DNA from: Patescibacteria group bacterium
GTDB taxonomy: Bacteria > Patescibacteriota > Microgenomatia > Levybacterales > UBA12049
Assembly: GCA_035946335.1 (NCBI GenBank)
Contig: DASYZL010000006.1
Span: 1,772-65,771 of the forward strand
DNA: 64,000 nt
Reading direction: 5' to 3'
The notes below the pieces were generated by a model. It had not been told where the DNA came from. It saw nothing but the letters and a program-made list of their open reading frames with translations, and ran no database searches. Shown here piece after piece: positions 36,681 through 46,526 of this stretch. The stretch's first letter is position 1. Every line of letters starts with the position of its first letter. Both the position numbers and the translations under genes were made by a program.

Positions 36681-38050
36681 TAAATGCAATTCCGCCGGAA
36701 ATACTCTCAATTTATGAAACATTACAGACCGCAGGATTTTCCGTTTATTTTGTCGGCGGTTGTGTGAGAAACATGCTTTTAAAAAGGGAGGTAAATGACT
36801 GGGATATGACAACTTCAGCTACCCCACAGGAAACAGTGAAACTTTTTCAGGATTGTTTTTATAACAACACATTTGGAACGGTCGGCGTACCAGTTTTCCT
36901 TCAGGAGAAAAAACGTGTTATTGAAATAACCACCTTCCGTACAGAACAGCATTATGCAGATAATCGCCATCCACAAAACGTGCGATGGGGAACATCCATC
37001 GAAGAAGACCTGGAAAGACGAGACTTTACCATTAATGCAATTGCATTGCATATTCAGAATCGTGAGGAAAAGCTTATTGACCCCTTCCATGGACAAAAGG
37101 ATTTAGAAAATAAAATCATTCGCTCAGTCGGAAATCCAAATAAACGATTTAAAGAAGATGCGCTTCGCCTCATGCGGGCAATCCGTTTTGCAACAGCGCT
37201 GTCCTTTACTATTGAGGAAAACACCTGGAAGGCATTGCAGGAGGATGCAAAGCTTCTGCAAAACATTTCTACCGAGCGAATCAGGGAAGAACTCCTCAAG
37301 ATCCTGGCAAGCGATTATCCCTATGAAGGCATCATGATGCTGAGAAATGCAAATCTACTACAGAGCATAATACCCGAATTATTAGAAGGTATTGGCATTT
37401 CGCAAGAACGGCCTGGAAGGCATCATACTGAAGATGTGTTTACCCATAATGTATTGTCTTTGAAATTCTGTCCATCCAAGGACCCGATTGTACGATTTGC
37501 AACCCTGATTCACGATATCGGCAAGCCCCGTGTTGCTTCGAGTGACACAAATGGTCTGGTTATCTTTTATAACCATGAGGTTATCGGCGCACAATTTGCC
37601 TATGAAATAACCAACAGGTTACACTTTTCCAAAAAAGACCGGGAAAAAATTGTCAAACTCATCAGGTGGCACATGTTTTCTGTTGATGAACACATAACTG
37701 ATGCCGCTGTACGACGATTCATCAGACGGATTGGTGTAGATACAGTAAAAGATATCATTGATTTGCGTATTGGTGATCGGCTTGGCAGCGGTATTCCTGA
37801 GGAACGGGCAGAAAGCTGGCGACTAAAATTATTTAAAGATCGTGTTGAAAAAGAGCTACAACCCGCCCCGTTTTCAATAAATGATTTGGCGATTGATGGA
37901 AATGACGTTATGAAAGAACTCAATATGAAGCCAGGAAGAAGAATCGGCGAATTGCTACAGAAGTTATTTGAAGAGGTAGATGAAGATATGAGCAAAAATA
38001 CGAAAGCATATTTATTGCAAAGAGTGAAAGAGATAGAAGTTACACAATAG
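36677..38050 (+). CDS. cca: CCA-adding tRNA nucleotidyltransferase with HD domain
   Basis: PolyA-polymerase head motif GGCVRNMLL...DWD, a central HD domain (H...HD...D) and ~457 aa. ATGA overlap with the Nudix gene. Confidence 0.85.
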   Translation: MINAIPPEILSIYETLQTAGFSVYFVGGCVRNMLLKREVNDWDMTTSATPQETVKLFQDCFYNNTFGTVGVPVFLQEKKRVIEITTFRTEQHYADNRHPQNVRWGTSIEEDLERRDFTINAIALHIQNREEKLIDPFHGQKDLENKIIRSVGNPNKRFKEDALRLMRAIRFATALSFTIEENTWKALQEDAKLLQNISTERIREELLKILASDYPYEGIMMLRNANLLQSIIPELLEGIGISQERPGRHHTEDVFTHNVLSLKFCPSKDPIVRFATLIHDIGKPRVASSDTNGLVIFYNHEVIGAQFAYEITNRLHFSKKDREKIVKLIRWHMFSVDEHITDAAVRRFIRRIGVDTVKDIIDLRIGDRLGSGIPEERAESWRLKLFKDRVEKELQPAPFSINDLAIDGNDVMKELNMKPGRRIGELLQKLFEEVDEDMSKNTKAYLLQRVKEIEVTQ

Positions 38051-38061
38051 AGTTTAACAAG

Positions 38062-38859
38062 TTATTCTGGCAAAAGTAACCTTCCCCTCATATTTTGAAT
38101 ATACTGCATTCGAAGGAATAATGCATCAGATGCACCTGAACGTTGATTATGTGGATCTTTAGACACATTTGTTGGAGTAAATAACTGAAATGAAGGCCTT
38201 ACAGGAATATAGTTATGTTCTTTCATCCAAGAGGGTATATATAACTCAGACGTGTACTCTTCTGCGAGTGGCTTATGAAATAACCCTCCTTTCAGGATTT
38301 CTTTTGGAAATCTGATAGCCAACTGTACATTATTAAATAAATTTCTCCAAAAAGGGTTTATATCAGATTTACCATTCTCTTCAGTCCACATAAGATGGCA
38401 TCGTCTCAATTCATCTGTGTCAACATCTGCTTTGATATAGAATAAAGATTTCTTATTTCCTATTGCAGAAAATCGAACTCGAAGAGGTATGTCTAACCCG
38501 GTATCCAACTGGACAGTGTGAAAATATTCTTTCTGGTTATATGGTTTCTCCTGAAATTCTTTATCCATATGTGGAAACACAATAAACTCTTTACCAAATT
38601 GCTTAAAACGTGTTTCTTCCGAAGTAGACAAGAGATCGCTTAGGTAGACTGAAGAAGCACTTTTTTGTAAAATTCGACCCGTTTGTTGAAGTACTATCTC
38701 TCGTTCTGCTACTGCTTCTGGGTCTGGATCTAGGGGGATTCCTGGAAAATTTGAATGTTCTAGTTGGATAAGTAAATCTCTCCAAGATTGTCCGGGTAAT
38801 TCATTGTCGTTCATAATATTATTTTCATCTTCTCTACTCATGGCTGGATTATACAACAC
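38062..38859 (-). CDS. Hypothetical protein
   Basis: 265-aa ORF. No motif recognised. Confidence 0.4.
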   Translation of the reverse strand: MLYNPAMSREDENNIMNDNELPGQSWRDLLIQLEHSNFPGIPLDPDPEAVAEREIVLQQTGRILQKSASSVYLSDLLSTSEETRFKQFGKEFIVFPHMDKEFQEKPYNQKEYFHTVQLDTGLDIPLRVRFSAIGNKKSLFYIKADVDTDELRRCHLMWTEENGKSDINPFWRNLFNNVQLAIRFPKEILKGGLFHKPLAEEYTSELYIPSWMKEHNYIPVRPSFQLFTPTNVSKDPHNQRSGASDALFLRMQYIQNMRGRLLLPE

Positions 38860-38895
38860 TCTCCATATTTTTTCATTTTATGCTATACTCCTCTC

Positions 38896-39351
38896 ATGTT
38901 GGGTTGTATCTTTTGTAAAATCGTTTCAGGAAAATTTGAAAGTGCAACGGTGTGGGAAAACGATGATTTTGTTGCACTACTGGATATTAATCCGAATACC
39001 AAAGGCATGACGCTCGTTGTTTCAAAAGAGCATTATGATTCCTATGCAGTGGACATGGACGATGAAATGTATGGAAAGTTTTTTTTCGCCGCAAAGGAAG
39101 TATCAAAAATGCTTGAAAAGGGACTTGGTGTACAACGGGTTGCAATAGTGATGGAGGGACTGGGTATTAACCATGCACATATTAAATTATACCCAATTCA
39201 CGGTCTGAGTAAAAAATTTGAAGCATTCTGGAATAATGAAACAGTATATTTTGATAAATATCAGGGATATATTTCGACACAGGTTGGACCAAAGAAAGAA
39301 ATGATGGAACTAAAAAAATTGGCAAAGGAAATTCAGGAAAAGAGCAAATAA
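38896..39351 (+). CDS. HIT (histidine triad) family protein
   Basis: N-terminal CIFCKI...FVALLDINP and a histidine-rich segment INHAHIKLYPIHG consistent with HIT. Confidence 0.65.
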   Translation: MLGCIFCKIVSGKFESATVWENDDFVALLDINPNTKGMTLVVSKEHYDSYAVDMDDEMYGKFFFAAKEVSKMLEKGLGVQRVAIVMEGLGINHAHIKLYPIHGLSKKFEAFWNNETVYFDKYQGYISTQVGPKKEMMELKKLAKEIQEKSK

Positions 39352-39355
39352 TTAT

Positions 39356-39808
39356 ATGCTAAAACAACAACTGAGAGACCAACTGAAAGCATCGATGCTG
39401 GCAAAAGATACGCTGAAAACATCAGTACTCCGTATGCTCCTCTCTGCTATTACCTATTATGAAATCCAAAAAGGCGGGGCCGGGTATGAAGCGAGTGATG
39501 ACGATGTATTATCTGTCATTGACAAACAAGTCAAACAACGGAAAGACAGTATTGAAAGCTTTGAAAAGGCAAATAGACAGGATTTAGCAGACAAAGAAAA
39601 AAAGGAAATGGAACTTTTACAAGTTTATTTGCCAACTCAAATGTCAGAAGATGCAATCAAAAAACTCGTGGAAGATGCGATTGCAAAAACAAATGCTTCA
39701 TCCCAACAGGATATGGGGAAAGTAATGGGAGTTTTGATGCCCCAAGTCAAAGGAAAAGCAGATGGCAGTCTCGTAAGTAAAATTGTGAAAGAGAATCTTA
39801 CTCAGTAA
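39356..39808 (+). CDS. GatB/YqeY domain protein
   Basis: 150 aa. LKASMLAKDTLKTSVLRMLLSAI...QVYLP pattern typical of YqeY. Confidence 0.7.
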   Translation: MLKQQLRDQLKASMLAKDTLKTSVLRMLLSAITYYEIQKGGAGYEASDDDVLSVIDKQVKQRKDSIESFEKANRQDLADKEKKEMELLQVYLPTQMSEDAIKKLVEDAIAKTNASSQQDMGKVMGVLMPQVKGKADGSLVSKIVKENLTQ

Positions 39809-39840
39809 CATACTACATTGATAAACTAATCGAGATTTTT

Positions 39841-40830
39841 TTAAAAATTATTTCTCGCTCTGTACATCGCTCCTCTGGTTGCCCCGACTTTTAGTATGTA
39901 TCCTTCTTTTTGCAGTTGTTGTAAATCATATCGTAATGTTCTCTCCGGTACCTTAAGGAAACGGCGCTTTATGCTATCTAGTGACAATATCTGCTGCTCG
40001 CGAATTAGCAGGAGTAATTCATTCCGTCGTGGTAGTAACATATCTTCTTTATTAAAACGACCACGATGAATAAGTTGTGTCACCTGTTCTGAAGACTGGA
40101 ATAAAACTTCCAGCATAAATTCTGTAAATGCTGTTGGATCTGCTGTATCAAGATTTCCATAGTATTCACTTTTACGTTCATTCAAAATTTCTTCAAATGA
40201 AAGCAACCAGTGAAAATGATACGCTTCTTTCGCGAGAATTGTTTGCAGCAGTAATCTCCCAACCCTGCCATTTCCATCTAAAAACGGATGAATTTTTTCA
40301 AACAGAAAATGAGAAAGAATTGCTCTGATTGGAATATTTTGCTCGGTCTCGCTATTAATAAATTGAATCAGTTGCTCAAGTAAGATAGGGATGTCAGACG
40401 GTGGTGGCGCAACATAGACAGCAAAACCTGCCTCATTAAAAATGGCGCTGGGTTCCATGCGCAATTTACCTAGATTTGCTTTTTCAGCAAGGTCTTTCAT
40501 GACAAAACCATGGAGTTGCAAGATAAAATCCCTGTTTATCGATGGATTTTGCGTATGCTGCAAAAATGAAAATGCTCGTAAAATATTTACTACTTCTAAT
40601 TGTTCTTTTGCTGATGTATTTTCTGGTAATTGCTCTGCTTGAGAAAGGGTCATGGTATTACCTTCAATAGCGGCTGAAAAAAGAGAACTTTTTAACAGTG
40701 ACTTGCGCCGGAAATTATCAATAATTTCCTCAGGAATGCTATTTTCTCTTAGCAACAACTTGTTTGCTTCAATCTTTGCAAATGTTCGAAGCATTGCGGG
40801 AGTTAAAGTGTATGATGGAGGAATTACCAT
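39841..40830 (-). CDS. Fic family protein with C-terminal winged-HTH
   Basis: Fic motif HPFLDGNGRVGRLL. C-terminal wHTH-like segment (...LQQLQKEGYILKVGATRGAMY). Confidence 0.85.
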   Translation of the reverse strand: MVIPPSYTLTPAMLRTFAKIEANKLLLRENSIPEEIIDNFRRKSLLKSSLFSAAIEGNTMTLSQAEQLPENTSAKEQLEVVNILRAFSFLQHTQNPSINRDFILQLHGFVMKDLAEKANLGKLRMEPSAIFNEAGFAVYVAPPPSDIPILLEQLIQFINSETEQNIPIRAILSHFLFEKIHPFLDGNGRVGRLLLQTILAKEAYHFHWLLSFEEILNERKSEYYGNLDTADPTAFTEFMLEVLFQSSEQVTQLIHRGRFNKEDMLLPRRNELLLLIREQQILSLDSIKRRFLKVPERTLRYDLQQLQKEGYILKVGATRGAMYRARNNF

Positions 40831-40921
40831 AACTTACCAAATATTACCACATATTGCCCGATATCGCCAGAAAGAAGATTTGGAGTTACGTATGAAATTA
40901 CTGGCTATAAGTAAATGTAGT

Positions 40922-41812
40922 TTATGCTTTCCTCTTCTCAGGAAATTCCTGCCACACAACGAGAAGTGGTGCGGCATTAAAAATAGAAGAATATGTTCCT
41001 GAAATAACACCAATAAGAAGCGCTGCGACAAACCATGTCGTACTTTCTCCACCAAATAACAAAAGCGCCAGAAGTACAAGGATAACAGTCATTGATGTGT
41101 TTAGTGAACGCGTCATTGTCTGACTGATTGAAGCATTTACCGTGTCGGCAAAGTGGCTACCACCAAGTTTCGTCAGATTTTCGCGAATCCTGTCAAAAAC
41201 GACAATTGTATCATGTACAGAAAATCCAATGACAGTAAGTGTTGCTGTAATGAACAAACTGTCAACTTGTACACCGAGAAAGTGCCCAAGTAAAGAGAAA
41301 ACGCCGAGTAAAACAAATGCATCATGTAAGAGCGCGATGATGGCACAAATACCAAAACGCCAACTGCTTGCAGGTTTGGGGACTTTCCGGAAAGACAAAC
41401 CAATATACAGAACAATTAATACTGAAGCAAGTGAAACACCAAGAAGCGCATTGGTTGTTGTTTCGCTCCCGATCGTCGGACCGACAGTAATAAATTCATT
41501 TTCCTGAAATGGTCCTGTTTGAGCATACATTATCTGTAACAGCGTTGTATGCTGCGCATCGGTTAATGGTTTTGTTTTTATTGTCACCTGCTGTCCCTGC
41601 TGTGTAAGCGAGTAGACAGGCTCATGGATCTCAGTGAAAACGTGCTGAATTGTAGATATGCTGGGAGCTTTCCCATAGGCAAGGGAAATAACAGATCCAC
41701 CAGTAAAGTCAACAGACAGATTGAGTCCGAATAGTGCAAGGGAAATTATTCCCGGGATAATCACCAGCAGTGAGATTGCAAAGAAAATATTTCTGTATTT
41801 AATGATATTCAT
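40922..41812 (-). CDS. secF: Protein translocase subunit SecF
   Basis: 6 TM. Follows SecD with a 14-nt overlap. Conserved SecF C-terminal TM bundle. Confidence 0.85.
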   Translation of the reverse strand: MNIIKYRNIFFAISLLVIIPGIISLALFGLNLSVDFTGGSVISLAYGKAPSISTIQHVFTEIHEPVYSLTQQGQQVTIKTKPLTDAQHTTLLQIMYAQTGPFQENEFITVGPTIGSETTTNALLGVSLASVLIVLYIGLSFRKVPKPASSWRFGICAIIALLHDAFVLLGVFSLLGHFLGVQVDSLFITATLTVIGFSVHDTIVVFDRIRENLTKLGGSHFADTVNASISQTMTRSLNTSMTVILVLLALLLFGGESTTWFVAALLIGVISGTYSSIFNAAPLLVVWQEFPEKRKA

Positions 41813-43181
41813 AATTTTTTCTGTAAAATACCCGTATTAATGTTCTTGTCACAAAAATTGCTGAAAACATAGACATTAAAACTCCAATTGCCAATGTTAG
41901 CGCAAATCCCCGTACACTTCCTGTCCCAAATTTATATAAAATTGCGCTGGTAATTAATGTTGAGGCATTTGAATCGCGGATTGATGACCATGCGCGGGCA
42001 AATCCCAACTCAATTGCGCTTGTCAGTGACTTTCCGCTTTTTAACTCTTCCCTGGTTCGTTCAAAAATGAGAATATTTGCATCAACTGCCATGCCAATAG
42101 AAAGAATAAATCCGGCAATCCCTGCCAGAGTAAGTGTTACGGGAATTGCTTTAAAGATTGCTAAAACCAATAAGGTATAGAGTGTTAACGCTGCACTTGC
42201 AATGAAACCAAGCCGTTTATACAAGGTCACCATGAAAACAATGACAATGAAAAATCCGAGTATTCCTGCAAATAAACTTTGTTTTAATGCATTTTGCCCC
42301 AATGAAGCACCAATAGTTTGTGAAGAAAGGGGAGTTAATGATATCGGTAGTACACCCGCTTGTAATTCTATTGCGAGCCGATTAACCTGGTCAGTGGTGA
42401 AGTTACCATTAATGACCGCGTTGCCATTAGGTATAGCTTGACTGACGATCGGTGGCGCGGTGATAATTTCATTATCTAAAACCATTGCCAGAGGTTTCCC
42501 GACATTTCTCTTGGTAATATCGGCAAATTTTTTGGTTCCTTCACTATTGAAGATAAGCTGCACCTCAGGTTTTCCGGTTGTCGGATCAAATGTGGACGAT
42601 GCACTTTGCAAATCTTTACCGTTTAGATCTGTTTTGTGGGCATTGAGCCCAAGGGTTTGCGGTACCCCAAGCGGCAATGCTGATGCTGAAGCAACTGCTG
42701 ACCCGCTTGCTCCCTCTTCCCAAAAAGATAGCTGTGCTGTTGTGCCGACAAGTTGTTCGGCTTGCTGATTATTGACTCCCGGTAATTCCACAACAATCCG
42801 GTAATCATTATTTGTCGTAACGGTTTGAATAACCGGCTCTGAAATACCATAGAGGTTAACACGATTTTCCAGAACCGCCTGTGCACTTTGCAATGCACTA
42901 TCACGCTCAGAGGCAGGAATATTTTGCATATTCGCACGCAAGGTAATACTTGTTCCTCCTTGTAAATCAAGTCCTTCGCGGAAAACAAAGTCTTTATTCA
43001 CAACTGTTTGCCCAATGGTAAAATGCAATCCGAATCCCGGATAATTATTTATTGACACTTTTTTTCCGATAACAGGCAGCTGGTAAGAAAGATGCAGGGG
43101 AAATTTCGGTAGATCTATAAGTACTACCAGAGAGGTAAGAACAATAATACACCACAAGGCAAAACGGGGATGAGTTCTCAT
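41799..43181 (-). CDS. secD: Protein translocase subunit SecD
   Basis: N-terminal TM, large periplasmic domain, C-terminal 5-TM bundle with ...IAGFILSIGMAVDANILIFER... Confidence 0.85.
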   Translation of the reverse strand: MRTHPRFALWCIIVLTSLVVLIDLPKFPLHLSYQLPVIGKKVSINNYPGFGLHFTIGQTVVNKDFVFREGLDLQGGTSITLRANMQNIPASERDSALQSAQAVLENRVNLYGISEPVIQTVTTNNDYRIVVELPGVNNQQAEQLVGTTAQLSFWEEGASGSAVASASALPLGVPQTLGLNAHKTDLNGKDLQSASSTFDPTTGKPEVQLIFNSEGTKKFADITKRNVGKPLAMVLDNEIITAPPIVSQAIPNGNAVINGNFTTDQVNRLAIELQAGVLPISLTPLSSQTIGASLGQNALKQSLFAGILGFFIVIVFMVTLYKRLGFIASAALTLYTLLVLAIFKAIPVTLTLAGIAGFILSIGMAVDANILIFERTREELKSGKSLTSAIELGFARAWSSIRDSNASTLITSAILYKFGTGSVRGFALTLAIGVLMSMFSAIFVTRTLIRVFYRKNYEYH

Positions 43182-43789
43182 GCGAGCAAACTTTCTTCGT
43201 CTCCTATAAGCATAATCCGCGCATCAACTAATATTTTTCCAAGGAACGGGTCATGGCGTTCTTTGCGAAATTGGAATTCATCTTCACTCATCACCGTGTA
43301 ATTTATTTCTCCGCCAATCCTCGCTTCTTCGTTACGAACAAGCAGGGATAACTCAGGGATAACAACAGTACCGACAATGAGAAAGTCAACATCGTCTGCA
43401 TATTTTTTATGTTCTTTCGCATACCTGCCTGCAAACATCGCATACTTTATTTTTCCAAGCTTCGCTCTGTTTTTCATGATTGCCCCACCAAGTCCTGTTG
43501 ATTTTACCGCAAGACGAAGTAAGTCCGGATAATATGAGTAAGACTTGGAAAGGAAATAGTAAACTCTATTTGCCCGCTTTTCTTTTTGTAGAATACCCCT
43601 TCCCTCAAGAAAAGAAAGTTCCCGTCTTACTGCGTTAATTTCATCGCCAGTTCTTCTGACAAGCTCTCTAACGTGAAACATTTCGTAGGGGTGTTCGAGA
43701 AAAACGCTGATGAGTTTAATGCGGGATTTTGATGTAATAAAGTCTGCTAACATGTCACCAAGTATACACCATTCCGTTGTATTGAACAA
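43178..43789 (-). CDS. Hypothetical protein: N-terminal wHTH-like and C-terminal nucleotidyltransferase-like segment (tentative)
   Basis: N-terminus resembles ArsR/wHTH regulators (…FHVRELVRRTG…). C-terminal GR....DDVDFLIVG resembles minimal NTase G[SR]x9-13D.D. ATGA overlap with secD. Confidence 0.3.
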   Translation of the reverse strand: MFNTTEWCILGDMLADFITSKSRIKLISVFLEHPYEMFHVRELVRRTGDEINAVRRELSFLEGRGILQKEKRANRVYYFLSKSYSYYPDLLRLAVKSTGLGGAIMKNRAKLGKIKYAMFAGRYAKEHKKYADDVDFLIVGTVVIPELSLLVRNEEARIGGEINYTVMSEDEFQFRKERHDPFLGKILVDARIMLIGDEESLLA

Positions 43790-44953
43790 CTATTGTACGC
43801 TGACAGTACCTTCCGGAGGAACAATCGTAAACCAAATAAGTCCTCTGTCAAAAGGGAATGGGGAACCATTCGCACTATATATAGTTAATTGCGCTGTCCT
43901 GCTAGCTTTTTTCCATGTCCCGTTTATTTGTTTCCCTTCCATAAAAATTGTCGCATTTCCTACTCCGATATCGTCGTAGAGCAAATGCTCATTGTTCAGA
44001 TAGCCATCAGAAGCATTTTCCTCTTTCATTTTTAAGATAACAAGCGTTGTTGCAGATAATTGTTTCTTTGTATCAAAATCAATGTATGGACTATTGTTCC
44101 CGTCAAAACGCTTGTAGGTATTACTCATAACGTCATATACCCAATTGACAAAATAATCGTTTTGATCCGGCCAGATCTGAACGGAAACTTTTTGCGTTGT
44201 TCCCTTTTGACTAGCTGGATCCTGGAAGGAATAGGGAACAAAATTTGCATCCCATGCTACTCCGTTTTTATCAACGTTCGTCAGTCCTCGACTCGTCTTT
44301 GCAAAATCCCAAAGTTTTGTTGTTGTTGAATACATGGTATGTTCTGTTGCAACGGTCTTCCCTGTTCGCGTGTAATCCCGCCAGAATGCCGGAAAACCAA
44401 TGGAAAACTGATTGAGATCATTATATCCAGCCCAACCATATTGTTCCAGCTGACCCAGCGCATCAGCAGGCCCAGCTGCATTCGCACCACCGACATGCGC
44501 ATATAATGGACTCGCACCAAATCCCGACGCAAAATCTATGAAATATGTCCGCGCAGAGCGAACAGGCCCGATTTCCGGTGCGTCCTGACAATAAAATAAA
44601 ACAGCAAATCGCGTGATACCACCCTCTGCTACTGCCTCAAAAACCTGATCAGCGTAGGATATACCTGATTGTGGCCGTGCATCAACAGAGTTTTCTATCA
44701 TGACAATAAGCGGGCGGTGTTGCTTCCACCACGCTTCCTGTTGTGTTGAATATTTTACACCATTCATAGGACAGGGTTGGGTTTTAGGGAGTGCGGGGTT
44801 AAACGCTACTGTTCCATTTGCGAGCTTTGTCGGAGGAACTGTCTGAATGAGTCTTGTGGGGGGGAAAACTGCAGAGAATATATACATTGATATTCCAGCA
44901 CTTACACCAAAAATTCCAACAGCAATGAGGGCAATCAGTGTTTGTTTTTTCAT
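43790..44953 (-). CDS. DUF3048-like secreted/lipoprotein
   Basis: Signal/TM then ...RPQSGISYADQVFEAVAEGGITRF..., which matches the DUF3048 (YerB-like) signature. Confidence 0.5.
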   Translation of the reverse strand: MKKQTLIALIAVGIFGVSAGISMYIFSAVFPPTRLIQTVPPTKLANGTVAFNPALPKTQPCPMNGVKYSTQQEAWWKQHRPLIVMIENSVDARPQSGISYADQVFEAVAEGGITRFAVLFYCQDAPEIGPVRSARTYFIDFASGFGASPLYAHVGGANAAGPADALGQLEQYGWAGYNDLNQFSIGFPAFWRDYTRTGKTVATEHTMYSTTTKLWDFAKTSRGLTNVDKNGVAWDANFVPYSFQDPASQKGTTQKVSVQIWPDQNDYFVNWVYDVMSNTYKRFDGNNSPYIDFDTKKQLSATTLVILKMKEENASDGYLNNEHLLYDDIGVGNATIFMEGKQINGTWKKASRTAQLTIYSANGSPFPFDRGLIWFTIVPPEGTVSVQ

Positions 44954-45411
44954 TTTTTATCTAATATCTGCAAGGCTTGTTTTTCTTCGTCGGAAAGCTC
45001 ATGTTCTTTTCCTTTACCATTCTGTATTTGCTTGGCATACCAGCGTGTTCCTGCCCGGGAATACAAACCTGAAATGACAACGCCTGTGTTATTTCCATCA
45101 ACAAGTGTCAATATAAAACTTTGATCTCCCCCGGTATCTTTAAACGGATTAAACCGGAGGAGCCCAATACGCTGAATATGCAATTTGCTTTCTTGTTCTA
45201 TTGTATCACATCTCTTTTTAAGAATTTCAATAGCCTTTTTTGTATTACTCATTTCCTCCAATAATCCCTCAAGAATTGCCTGCAAAGACCGTTTATTGGT
45301 CGCTTTTACTAAGGTATTGTAATGCGATGAAAGCCGGACGACATACACTGTCACTAATGCAAGCCAAATGCATACAAAAACCCCTACCCCAACGAAGAGT
45401 CCGATGAGCAT
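44950..45411 (-). CDS. Membrane-anchored hypothetical protein (DUF4446-like)
   Basis: N-terminal TM helix then a coiled-coil and small alpha/beta domain. 4-nt overlap with the upstream gene. Confidence 0.4.
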   Translation of the reverse strand: MLIGLFVGVGVFVCIWLALVTVYVVRLSSHYNTLVKATNKRSLQAILEGLLEEMSNTKKAIEILKKRCDTIEQESKLHIQRIGLLRFNPFKDTGGDQSFILTLVDGNNTGVVISGLYSRAGTRWYAKQIQNGKGKEHELSDEEKQALQILDKK

Positions 45412-45473
45412 AACTAGGCTTATCTTAGCCTCTTGACAGACTCTCTGTCAATAGTGTAACCTGAGCTATCAGC

Positions 45474-45740
45474 ATGGCTAAGCAAAGAAAAACAAAGGCG
45501 CAAAAAATTGCATCTGATGAACGAAAATCTCATGAACAAGTAATACAGTCAACTATGACATTTTCTCTTCCGCCCTCTTATGAAACACAAGTAAAACCCT
45601 CTTTGACCACATCAGTCCCAACACAATACAAAGACCTGCAGAAAACGCTCCTTGTTTCCGCTTTTATCACTGCATTTCAACTTATTCTTTTCTTTTTGCT
45701 AAAAACACATAGTATTACTGTTCCATCAGTACAGTATTAG
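45474..45740 (+). CDS. Hypothetical protein with C-terminal TM helix
   Basis: 88-aa ORF, Lys-rich N-terminus. Immediately upstream of the small zinc-ribbon gene. Confidence 0.35.
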   Translation: MAKQRKTKAQKIASDERKSHEQVIQSTMTFSLPPSYETQVKPSLTTSVPTQYKDLQKTLLVSAFITAFQLILFFLLKTHSITVPSVQY

Positions 45741-45770
45741 CTATTGTGCTGAGAGGAGGTGAAATACCCT

Positions 45771-45914
45771 ATGGTAAGCATGTATTGCGTAAAATGCCGA
45801 GCAAAAAGAGACGTTGACAATCCAGAACACGTCACAATGAAAAATGGAAAACCAGCAATGAAAGCAAAATGTCCTGTTTGTGGTACAGGTATGTATAAAA
45901 TTGGATCAAAATAA
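45771..45914 (+). CDS. Small zinc-ribbon protein (DUF5679-like), 47 aa, not in ORF track
   Basis: ATG at 45771 preceded by GGAGG (45755-45759). Translation MVSMYCVKCRAKRDVDNPEHVTMKNGKPAMKAKCPVCGTGMYKIGSK has C..C...C..C. Followed by a rho-independent terminator. Confidence 0.55.
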   Translation: MVSMYCVKCRAKRDVDNPEHVTMKNGKPAMKAKCPVCGTGMYKIGSK

Positions 45915-45931
45915 AAATATTTGGAAAACAG

Positions 45932-45966
45932 AAACTCCCGTAAACAATGAAAAGGGAGTTTTTGTT
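45932..45966 (+). terminator. Rho-independent terminator (AACTCCC-loop-GGGAGTT + TTTTGTTT)
   Basis: 7-bp GC-containing stem at 45932-45961 followed by a T-run. Immediately downstream of the small zinc-ribbon gene. Confidence 0.5.
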
Positions 45967-46050
45967 TGGGAAAGTGAGAAAAATTTTCTGTTTCAGGAGC
46001 TTCTTCTCAAATACCAAAACAGTTCTTAAGCAATGATCTTTTCTTAAAAA

Positions 46051-46075
46051 TATATCCCGCACCTGCGGGATATAT
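46051..46075 (-). terminator. Rho-independent terminator for the YciI-like gene (ATATCCCGCA / TGCGGGATAT hairpin)
   Basis: 10-bp inverted repeat 46052-46073 with a T-run on the minus strand (AAAAATA on plus). Located 25 nt past the minus-strand gene stop. Convergent with the 45932 terminator. Confidence 0.45.
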
Positions 46076-46099
46076 TAGATAGCTCCGAGCAGATCAGAC

Positions 46100-46447
46100 T
46101 TACATACCAGGCATTGGCATTAATTCCAATACTTCAATTGTATTCCCATCCATCATAAAATGAGGGTGATCAGCAAGCAATACTTGAACTGCCTCCATAT
46201 CTTCAGCTTGAAGAATGGAATATCCTCCAATATGCGCTTTTGCTTTGGAACTTCCTGCTTTGGTAACGTGTATATCGTTACCCAATGGTGCTCCCTGATC
46301 AACGATTGCCATTCCTACTTTTTGAAACCAAGCCATCCAAGGCTCCATTCCTTTTTTCATTTCATCAGGGTTTGCGTTTTTCATTTGATCCTCTGCAGAA
46401 ACGTCGGACATATATAGCACTAAAAATTTTTTCATTTTCAATGGCAT
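46100..46447 (-). CDS. YciI-like (Dabb-fold) protein
   Basis: 115 aa. ...GYSILQAEDMEAVQVLLADHPHF... resembles the YCII-related domain. Confidence 0.45.
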   Translation of the reverse strand: MPLKMKKFLVLYMSDVSAEDQMKNANPDEMKKGMEPWMAWFQKVGMAIVDQGAPLGNDIHVTKAGSSKAKAHIGGYSILQAEDMEAVQVLLADHPHFMMDGNTIEVLELMPMPGM

Positions 46448-46526
46448 GAAACCGTTTCTCTATCGTATTCGTAATATACCATAAAACAATCGAAGTTTTT
46501 CTGTGTATTGGCTCATAAGCAATGTT

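Noticed and set aside
36815-37995. Minus-strand ORFs (93, 81, 70, 131 aa) antisense to the cca gene
   Set aside because: The cca reading frame carries all the nucleotidyltransferase/HD motifs, and the antisense ORFs are Ser/Arg-rich shadow frames.
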